From Microthyrium microscopicum (lineage: Eukaryota), in NCBI GenBank assembly GCA_010405405.1, contig MU004237.1, positions 38,191-102,190 of the forward strand: 64,000 nt of DNA, read 5' to 3'. Made by a program: the position numbers and the translations under genes. Below are positions 24,754 to 34,157 of this stretch, one piece after another (the first letter of the stretch is position 1; each line of letters begins with the position of its first letter). The notes beneath the pieces are model-generated. The model was not told the DNA's origin. It saw only the letters and a program-made list of their open reading frames with translations, and ran no database searches.

Positions 24754-24774
24754 CTTACTAGATTCGCAACCCTG
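24754..24774 (-). repeat. Right TIR of hAT element
   Basis: CTTACTAGATTCGCAACCCTG, followed by TSD GAAAGAAA. Confidence 0.9.
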
Positions 24775-24782
24775 GAAAGAAA

Positions 24783-25030
24783 GCAAGAAGAGCTTAACTA
24801 GAGTCTTAAAGAATATAAGTACCTTATAATGTACTAGAAGAAGGAGGCGCAAGACACTCTAGAGTGTAAAGAGATCATGGCGGAGGCAACTAATACGAGG
24901 AATGTGTGACTAACCAACCTCAAAGCAAGCTTACGCAGAAGCAGAATGGGGATAAGAAGATATCACAACTTGAAATTGTCTTTGCGTGTTATGGTCAAAG
25001 GTTGTTCCACAGGTAACGGCATAGCAAAAT
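24783..25030 (+). pseudogene. 3' part of the disrupted coiled-coil host gene
   Basis: Continues the frame of 8701-8780 once the element and one TSD are removed: QEELN*SLKEYKYLIMY*KKEAQDTLECKEIMAEATN. Confidence 0.5.
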
Positions 25031-25225
25031 AATTGGCGTACTCCCATCAACTCTGATGGCGCCCAAATCCTACGCTCTGTTATGAAGTGCTTTATTTGCC
25101 ATAAAGGGCGGTTGGATCGGGAATATCTATCAGATACGATAGGAATTAAAGCACCTTTTGGTTAGTAGCGCTTGTAGTAGCCATCAGAATTGATGGGAGT
25201 GCGCCCTTTATTGTGTCACGCCGTT
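25015..25225. mobile_element. MITE-like foldback element (211 bp)
   Basis: Imperfect 46-bp inverted arms at 25015-25060 and 25180-25225, with a near-perfect 26-bp core (GGCG.ACTCCCATCAA.TCTGATGGC). Additional inner pairing. Flanked by GGT on both sides. Confidence 0.6.
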
Positions 25226-25433
25226 GGTTGCTCTAAGTTCACAAACTTTTAGGTGCGAGATGGAACACGAACATAAAATTCGCTAAAGTCAGCAAGATTA
25301 ACTTTGTGGATGCAAAGACACAACGCTATAAACGTAACGTGTCGTGAGCTCTATTATAGTATTTGAGAATTTCGATGCTGTAACTAGGTAGATTGATTCC
25401 TAGAGCACAATCTTAAGCTAAGATAAATATTCA

Positions 25434-26246
25434 CTACGTTCCAATGCCTTTAATACCCCCGTATTTTGGCGGTGGTACCTGCCCGACAGAATTCGTATGG
25501 ACATATCTGATCTTTCCAGCTTCAACCCGGAACTCATGACTATCTGGATTTGGCTGGTAATCGGGATTGGCTTCAAATGTTAAGAAAACGTCCACTGTTC
25601 CCACAACTTCGTCAATGACATATCGTCGATTTCCCATTTTACGCTCTGCGCTTGACTTAATGCCGGCTATACAATTTGGTGATATATGGGCGCGTCCTTC
25701 TAATCGCTCGCATGGATCCGCATGTGGTACGATGATATTTGGATCAGTAAACTTGTCAAGGTATGCATCTGCTGCTGCTTTGATGACGGCTCTGGTATCT
25801 CTCTTGGGCTCTGGTATTTCTCCTCTTGTTTCTTTCGAAGCCCAGCGGTATGTCTCTTTGGCGTCAAACACCCACCCTTTTCCAGTCGTGATGACCAAAG
25901 AGTCGATGAAATTTACTTTCCCAGCAGAATTCAGGCGCATTTGTGTGATAGCAACATAAGGTGGTTTGTTTTCATGGGCTACCATTTCTGTTTTGGTTGC
26001 GCAATCAACTGTGTCTAACAGATGATGGTATAAGCTGATATTGATTCCATATGTGTGGTATCCTGTATTGATTGCTGCGTTTTCAAAGTTTTCGTTGTAT
26101 CTGAAGTCGTCTACTCTTTCGACCAGTAGCTTCCCTGTTTTGACACCATTCAAGTAATCGTCGGCAGCTTTTTGTAGCATTGCGCGGCTACATTCAGATG
26201 TAACAGTCCCTGCAAGAGCTGGAAGAACAAGGAAAGAAAACCTCAT
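25434..26246 (-). CDS. Uncharacterised conserved fungal secreted protein (270 aa; probably DUF8021-like)
   Basis: Single exon. Signal peptide MRFSFLVLPALAGTVTS followed by ECSR. Motifs PCERLEG and PDSHEFRVEAGKIRYVHT. The family name is from recall, not from a search. Confidence 0.8.
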   Translation of the reverse strand: MRFSFLVLPALAGTVTSECSRAMLQKAADDYLNGVKTGKLLVERVDDFRYNENFENAAINTGYHTYGINISLYHHLLDTVDCATKTEMVAHENKPPYVAITQMRLNSAGKVNFIDSLVITTGKGWVFDAKETYRWASKETRGEIPEPKRDTRAVIKAAADAYLDKFTDPNIIVPHADPCERLEGRAHISPNCIAGIKSSAERKMGNRRYVIDEVVGTVDVFLTFEANPDYQPNPDSHEFRVEAGKIRYVHTNSVGQVPPPKYGGIKGIGT

Positions 26247-26662
26247 TGCAAACGACGATTTTGCAAAATCCAAATATGTCTAGACTTGCTATGTATCTGA
26301 AGCCGCTGATGTTGCTGTGGCAGGGCAGAGATTTCTTCAGTAGTTCTGATTAAGGAAATGGCCATTATTTCAGATTGAGGTTTGCCATCTCCATCTGGCC
26401 TAAGTAATAACGCTATAAGCAGAGTTGGATAGAACCAATAGATTAACTTGAATTGATTGGAAGAAAGTCGATTTAACCAAGATCTTGAACCTTCTCAAGG
26501 CTTGTAATTTCGGAACATCCGTATTAGCGGTATTGTCAACTTTCATAGGGCTCCGAATACAAGGCCAGCCATTTTAAGGTGCAATACACTTGGCATCTAA
26601 ACTTTTGAGCAAAACGAAAGACATTTGACGCGATGCGTACAGCCTTTTATTGTATGATCAAA

Positions 26663-27691
26663 ATGTTGTTCAAGTCGTGTTTGGTAACACTTCTCTTGAG
26701 TAATACTATTGTCGCCAACGCTCAATCGCCATTGCAAAGTGCTAAAAGATGCTGGAAAACACTCGCTCCACTCATAGGAGGTCTTCGTCAAGAACATACA
26801 GTCGTTTCGTCCGGTGAAATCGTGTACATTCTTGGCGGATATAAGCAAAAGACCTTCGAAGAAACGACTGCGGACGTTGAAGCATACGATACCAAAACCG
26901 ACACCTGGAAAAAACTTGCGCCTGCCCCAATACCACTTCATCACGTTAACGTCGCGGCTGTTGATGGAAACATCTATATTTTAGGCGGAATGGGTGGTCA
27001 GACATTTGGAGGAGGACCAACAGGGAGATCTTTCCGGTACGATATTGCAGCAGACAAATGGACCGAAGTCACACCAATGCCATATGGATTAGGAAGCGCA
27101 GCAGTGGGTGTACATGGAAAGACTGTGTATCTCGCTGGAGGCATTCAGGCAGCACCAAAGAGTTCTGCAAAAGGATTTGGGTCTTCTCAAAAGATTGTCG
27201 ACATTGTAGCCTCGTACAACACGGAGACTGATAAATGGACAACACATCCCGATCTCAGCTTACCAGAGGCTCGTGATCATGCTGGTGGAATGGTAGTAGA
27301 TCATGTCTTTTATGTGGTCGGTGGAAGAGTTGGCACTCATTTACAAAATCGAAACACCGTGTATGCCATGAATCTCACAGCTTCAGCCAAGAAGTGGGTA
27401 GAAATGGCTCCTTTACCTACCGCTCGAGGAGGAGTTGCGGCTGCAGCAACTGGAGGCAAGATTTATGTCTTTGGAGGTGAAGGAAACCCAAATAGTAAGA
27501 ATGGAACGTACCCAGATGTCGGTATATTCGACATTGCGCAGAATCGTAGTGAGGTTGGGACGCCGATGGAATATCCACGACACGGCTTTGGTGCTGCTGC
27601 AGTTGGAGATATTATATACTTACCAGGAGGTGGGCAAAAGCTTGGTGGAGGCGGTTTTTCGGACATCAATGATGCCTATGTCCCATGCTAG
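26663..27691 (+). CDS. Secreted Kelch-repeat (beta-propeller) protein
   Basis: Six Kelch repeats (VYILGG, IYILGG, VYLAGG, FYVVGG, IYVFGG, IYLPGG). Signal peptide MLFKSCLVTLLLSNTIVANA. Alternative upstream ATGs at 26633 and 26654. Confidence 0.9.
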   Translation: MLFKSCLVTLLLSNTIVANAQSPLQSAKRCWKTLAPLIGGLRQEHTVVSSGEIVYILGGYKQKTFEETTADVEAYDTKTDTWKKLAPAPIPLHHVNVAAVDGNIYILGGMGGQTFGGGPTGRSFRYDIAADKWTEVTPMPYGLGSAAVGVHGKTVYLAGGIQAAPKSSAKGFGSSQKIVDIVASYNTETDKWTTHPDLSLPEARDHAGGMVVDHVFYVVGGRVGTHLQNRNTVYAMNLTASAKKWVEMAPLPTARGGVAAAATGGKIYVFGGEGNPNSKNGTYPDVGIFDIAQNRSEVGTPMEYPRHGFGAAAVGDIIYLPGGGQKLGGGGFSDINDAYVPC

Positions 27692-29062
27692 AGAATGAGA
27701 TTTGATTTGTTCCTATTTTCAATATACCCGTGCAAAAGCAACTTTCTTAGTACTTATATGGCCCATGGGGAAAATGATCAAACGATAACTTCATGCTCCA
27801 GCCAAGAAAGCATTTGCCACTTGGTGTATAACGTCGCATCCAAATGTGGTGACAACAAGTCCTTTCGTCACCACTGCACCAGAAATTCATCATCACTTGA
27901 TTAGCAAACTTATGAATAGAGAAGTCATGAAAAAGAGCGAGCTGATAAAAAATTTCTTGCCAAAGCCTCGGCAAGTCCAACAAGTTAAGTTGATCAACAG
28001 TAGTATACGTTTGACTGAACCAGCAAATACCATCGAAGTCATGGTGGGGATTGTGAACATTATTCTTAGAGTTCTCATCCGAGCTACCGTAACTTTGATC
28101 CCCTTGGAAGGGTTCTAGGAATATACAATGTCAAGGGAGCATAGCAATGAGATTCAGAGGGTGATTACAGGCTTCTTCAGCCGTAAATACAAACCGAAGC
28201 AACTAGAAAAATGAGTACTTGATCTGATATCTTCGGAAATGCTGATGTTTTCTGTTCATAACACCATGAGCAAACAAAGGTTTTATCTCGTCATAAATGC
28301 TACCTTTTAGAACTCGAGCCAACGCAGATATGTCAATCATACTTCAAAGCCTTCAATTCACAGGACAGATTTTATCTTGATCATCGACCTTCATAAGTTA
28401 CTCGTCATTTTTCAGGGCATTTCATTGCAATAGATATCATCTCATCCAGCAAATAACTGGCTCATCATTGTCCTGCCGCTTTACCTATTCGAGTCGTTAG
28501 CGTTCAGTGACGGGTCAAAATGCAATCTGATCCTATTTCAATTACTTCAACAGTATTCGCAGCTCCCTAGGTATTGTTTACTGGTCCAGTATCCCCATTG
28601 AACTCCAATGAGTTCGAATTCCACCTTCTGCCTCGGCCGATTGATCATTTAGTATAGTCAGATATACCGTGTGACAGGATTTGAGTATCCCTCAGCATAC
28701 TTCACAACTCGTTAGGCATTGTTCACCTGCCCACTAACCCAATCAAACACGTATCACCTATGCATCTACCTTCTACTTGGAAAGATGACTTGTTTATCCT
28801 TCGTCAGATATGCAGTATAATCATACGTTAGCTTACCTCAGTATAAATCAGCACATTGCAAGGCCAACACGTCACTATTTACTCGTCCCGTCGCAGTGAA
28901 GATCGTATTCACTTCCATTCGAAAATTCATCGACTTTGACATAAAATCAAATCGAGATTCGTATTTATATCATGTTGTACAGTACATTCTGCATCAGAAC
29001 AATACAACCCGGACCATTACACTTCAGAAACTTTGATATAAACATCTATCTCTCAAACAAAC

Positions 29063-29960
29063 ATGAAGTTCACCATGAAGTTTCTCTTTGCTGGGGTGGC
29101 AACCAGCCTTTCCCCCTTGGTACTTGGTCTCGATGATCAAAGTCGAGTTCCAACATTCTCACGTTGTGGGAATGAGAACGTTACAATTGATCCAGCCCTC
29201 CAAGCCATTGCCAGCCAAGTCAACGCAAAGTTCCTCGCGAATCCTTCTCAGAAACAATGGAACAACGTCGTTACAGTCGACACTCACTTCCATGTTGTCA
29301 CCACGGGGACAGAGGATAAACCTCACCAGATAAGTAACAGCATGATCAACGCACAAGGCGACACCATGAATGCTGCCTATGCACCAGCTGGGTTTTCAGT
29401 TCAACATCCTCTCAGCGACTCGCTACGTTCAATCCGCATGGGCGACCAACCATAACAGAACTGAAATGATGGCTCAGTTACGCAAAGGAGGATACGACAC
29501 TCTCAATGTCTTTTTTCTCACCGACATGGGCCCAGGCCTTCTAGGAGAATGTGTCTACCCTATTGCAAACTTCAAGAGCGCCCCCTCTTTCGACGGATGC
29601 TGGATTACAGCTGGTACAGTTCCCGGCGGTCCAGGCGGCAATGGCAAAAATGGATTTCTGACAGCGTATAATCGGGGATATACAGCTGTCCATGAAGTTG
29701 GCCATTGGTTGGGCTTGCACCATCCTTGGGACAGCAGTAACGGTACTTGTGGTCCCGACGATGGAGTTGCGGACACACCGATACAGGGTACTCCTTCCTT
29801 TGGGTGCCCGCAAGGGAAGGACTCTTGTCCTGGTTTTCCTGGGTTGGATTCGATCCACAATTATATGGACTATGCGGATGATGCGTGCATGAACCAGTTC
29901 ACGAATGGGCAGGCTGCTCTTGCGCACAGTGTCTTTGACAAGCTTCGAAGGGGGAAGTAG
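29063..29960 (+). CDS. Secreted M43 (pappalysin-like) zinc metalloprotease with a +1 frameshift (pseudogene or sequencing error)
   Basis: Signal peptide, RCG cysteine-switch-like motif, HEVGHWLGLHH zinc motif and NYMDY Met-turn. The two frames join if one T is removed from TTTT at 29393-29396. Confidence 0.88.
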
Positions 29961-31436
29961 GTTGGCTATAGGCCATTTTTAGCTAAGTCTTTTCATCCCA
30001 ACGACCGTCGAATGATCACCTAGAACGAAGAAGACGCATTCTACGGTTGGTTTGCATTCTCTGGCGACTACGGTCTCGTTTCGGATACTCTATACACTTT
30101 CAAACAAGAAACTATTGCGGCGCCGATTACCCTTCAGACCAATACTTCACGGCACTTACCCTCAAGATCAATGTACCTTTGACACCGATTACCCTTTAGC
30201 CCAAGAAGGATACTTGAATAGGCTTACTCCATGTAAGACCATGTTCAAGCACTCGTGTTTGATGGCTTTAACGATTCATTTTCAAATACCAGACAGCGTG
30301 CGAGTGACATTTATATCGCGAAAGAATCAAAGCTTATTAAGAATTTACTAGAAGTCTCCTGAGTCTCCTAGAGGAAAACGCTATCTGATTGATCACAGCC
30401 TTGTGGCCGCTGGAACGCCTTATGGGCCAAGTGTGGTGAAAGTGACCTTTGAAAGGCTTTGGTCAAAATGATCAACCGAACCTTTCGAAGATATTGTTGA
30501 AAAGATGAATTCCTCTAGTTGCTTGCTTAGTAGGTAGGTGAAGTTAAAGAATGGGCAGTAGAAGTAAGTAAGATCTACGGAATGGATATATTTCTTTATC
30601 CTCTAATACCTGCCTATACTGGGATATAAATCCCAGTTCCAAGCACAGCGGAGTGGACTTGGATAAGAGGTTAGCGCTAACAAACCCGCTTACTCTTGCT
30701 TGACAGCTTTTTTCTACCTGGTACTAAATCCTGAATCTGGGGATTCCATGCAAAGAATATTTTTGCCGCTTCATCCTTGTTGAACATCCGCCGCCAAAGC
30801 TGTCATGCAGTTGAATAAACGTGCTATACCCGGGAAAGCTGTATTAGCGAGCCAGTTTGACATGGTTCCCGATCTGAGTTTCCCCATTAGAATAGGCCCA
30901 TGAGGCTCCAAGTTAGGTTTCCTGATCCGCCCTGTCGGCATTTGAGCTCTCGGCGTTGGCATCTGATATTAACTGGCTCGACAGGGTATGCAATCTGCTT
31001 CAATGGCCAATAGAATTGGATGAAGTGCACATTAGCCTCACTAGATTGAATTTGACTTGCGGAGTACAAATCACACAAGCGCTTCTTCTTGTTTCTTTAC
31101 CTCCCAATTTGGGAATACTGCCTACGAAGACGGTCATACGACGAGTTGTTTGCACACCAATTCCAACCCATCTTGCTGACTTTTGCCAGCATCATGAGCA
31201 AGCCAATGGTTTTCTACAATGCACGCCATCTTTTAGTCTTTCATTTGCGCAGGGGTTCCGCGTAGTGCTGGGGGGAAATGCCTTGATTCGGATTCTCGTT
31301 CGACGAATGCCATGTGCAACGTGGAATATAACATCGAGACTTGCCTCTAAACTGGGGAGTGAAAACTCGACACCCTCAATCGCTCTCACGGTGCAAAGGT
31401 GATACTGCTTGGCTTGAATATTAAGCTTTGGACAAT

Positions 31437-33461
31437 ATGAAGGCATTCTATATCCTCTCCACTTTTGTCTCGGTCGTTCTTTCTTCTCCTGTGGATGTGT
31501 CTCCTACTGCTACTGTGATTGAGCCCACAGAGCCGATTCCAATTGCACCGCGACCAACTCAAACAATCAATTATGGCATCATAAACGAGACCGAAGCAAG
31601 TGCTACAGTTGATGGAATCCTTCCTCCAATAGTAACCATTGCTTCGCCTCAAGCTACAATTATTGGACTGAAAGGAACTCTCGAAGAATCCACCGTAGAG
31701 CAATTTCCTGGAATACCATTTGCACAACCGGTAAGCTATCTCGGATCGAGTTTGATAGAGTAGCCTGTCTAATATATTTATAGCCAACTGGCTCGCTTCG
31801 ACTTCGACCGCCGCAGCCTATTACCAGCCCCATGGGAATATTCAAGGCCACATCAAATGGAAACGCTTGTCCACAATTCGTCTTCAGCACGGATTCGACC
31901 AACTCAATTCCTCAGCCTCAGCTTGCATACCTCCTGAACACGCCGCTCTTCCAGAAAGTGATTGGCGAGTCCGAAGACTGTCTCCAACTCAATGTGCATC
32001 GTCCACAAGGAGTATCAAAAGACGCCAAACTTCCAGTGCTCTTCTGGATCTTTGGTGGCGGATTCGAAGTTGGCTGGAACTCAATGTACAATGGCGCATT
32101 TTGGGTGAAGCACTCTGTGGAAATTGGTCAACCCATTATCGTGGTGACTGTCAATTATCGCGTTGGGGGTTTTGGTTTCTTGGGTGGAAAAGAGGTCAAA
32201 GCAGATGGAGCTTCTAACCTTGGGTTGCTTGATCAAAGACTGGGCTTGCAATGGACGGCAGACAATATCGCAGCTTTTGGTGGTGATCCTGATAAGGTCA
32301 CAATCTGGGGTAAGAAGGGTATCAAAAAAGAGTCATAACATGTTACTGACAATTGGTGAACAGGTGAATCTGCTGGAGCTATATCCGTCTGGGATCATAT
32401 GGCCATGTATGATGGTAATATCACATATAAAGTGAGTGCTGAACGTCAACCATTTAGAACAACACTAATCTGCCACAGGGCAAACCATTATTCAGAGGTG
32501 CAATAATGAATTCTGGAAGTATCGTCCCCGCCGATCCAATCGACTCAGTCAAGCCGCAAGCTATCTTCGATACTGTAGTCTCAGCAGCAGGCTGCAATTT
32601 TGCCCCTGACAAACTGGAATGCTTGCGATCAGTACCATATAAGGATCTCGTGACTGCGATGAACAAGCCTCCATTTTTACTGAGCTATTCCTCACTAGCA
32701 TTATCATACTTGCCTCGACCTGATGGTGTTGTTCTCACGGCAAGCCCTGATCAACTTGCCTTGAATGGCAAATTTGCAAAGATTCCACACATAATTGGCG
32801 ACCAAGAAGGTAAGCTAAGCTTTTGCAATGAACAGAATAATAGCTAACCTTTCTAGATGAGGGAACATTGTTCGCACTATTCGAAGACAACATTACAACC
32901 ACAGATCAAATGGTTGATTATTTTTCCTCGAAATACTTCATCAGGGCGCCTCGATCATCACTTACAGAACTAGTCAATCTCTACAACGATACATCATTAG
33001 ACGGGTCTCCATTCCGTACTGGTACTGACAACAATTGGTTTTATCCACAATTCAAACGATTGGCCGCGATTCTAGGAGACTTGACGTTCACAATCACACG
33101 TCGAGCCTGGCTAATTCTGTCACGCGGGCTCAATCCAAATGTCAAGACTTGGACATATCTTGGCTCGTACGATCATGGTACTCCTCTTTTGGGAACACCG
33201 CATGGTGGAGATCTTTTCCAAGTCTTTTTTGGTATCAAGGACAATTACGCTTCCAAGGCATTCCACAGCTACTATATTTCGTTTGTGAATCACTTGGATC
33301 CAAACTACGGCTCTGGAGCTTTTGCTGACTGGCCAGAGTGGACTGCAGCCGCCCCTAATATGCTGCAAATGTTTGCGAATACCTCGTCAATAATTCAGGA
33401 CACCTTCCGGCAAGATACATTGAACTTCATCTTGTCGAACTTACCTAACTTCTATATCTGA
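31437..33461 (+). CDS. Secreted type-B carboxylesterase/lipase (Candida rugosa lipase-like), 5 exons
   Basis: Introns 31731-31783, 32310-32363, 32432-32478 and 32810-32856. Motifs GIPFAQPP, SEDCL, GGGF, GESAG (catalytic Ser), QEDEG (Glu) and GTPHGGD (His). Signal peptide present. Confidence 0.93.
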
Positions 33462-34157
33462 TGTCAATACTATTGCTATTTAATACCTTCTTCTGAAAAT
33501 CGTGCTTTGATGCTGTAAATAGTGAATTAAATACCTAAGTGAATACAAGAGCTTTCGAACGATCTCGACTGCGGTGTGTGGAAATATGTTTAGTTCTTGA
33601 TGATGATTGGTTGATTAGATGAAGCTTCTACCAATTAAATCGGCGGAGAAGAATCGCAGCAAGCTTGGCACTGAGAGCTTTACGCTGGAGGGCTTTTGTG
33701 CAGTCTTCAATGTTCGTTGTTGGGGTAATTTTCTACTTCGATTATTTTCTAGGGATTTCTACTGGATGCATTGATGTTACGTGAAACTATGCCTTGTCGA
33801 AGTAGAGGCACTGTATCCTAGGATACAGCCTCGCGATCATGGATTCAGTTTTGGGTGAGACAAGGCTGAGATCACGTGGTGGTTGCCATGGCGTTTAGCA
33901 TTTACTAACAATAGGCGTTTGTGGCGCCTGCAAAACCCTCCTTCTCCGCCAATGACTTCAGTCCCCTCCGACACCAATCCACTTCCACCAAGCCCAATAT
34001 CCAGTTGTAACTTTCGCTACCAACCCATTGTCACTGCGAACTGCTTCCGTGTGTGCTCAAATCTTGAGAAGCTCTTTCCGAAATTGGTCTCATTGGCGCA
34101 CGGCCGCGCGGTAAACATCGAGCTTTATAAGTTCTCGGGATCGCTCATTCCGCAAAA

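Larger units (their letters stand above)
8781..24774 (-). mobile_element. hAT-superfamily DNA transposon (RIP-inactivated), ~8.3 kb plus a nested 7.7-kb Gypsy element
   Basis: TIRs TAGGATTGCAAATCTAGTAAG (8781-8801) and the reverse complement CAGGGTTGCGAATCTAGTAAG (24754-24774). 8-bp TSD GAAAGAAA at 8773-8780 and 24775-24782. ACTAG-rich subterminal repeats at both ends and an internal hAT transposase relic. Confidence 0.92.

Noticed and set aside
8781..24774. Starship-type giant element
   Set aside because: The boundaries are TIRs with an 8-bp TSD and the enzyme is a hAT DDE transposase. No tyrosine-recombinase captain was seen.
30052..31402. Short ORFs between the M43 and lipase genes
   Set aside because: No recognisable motifs, several non-ATG starts and no consistent splice structure.
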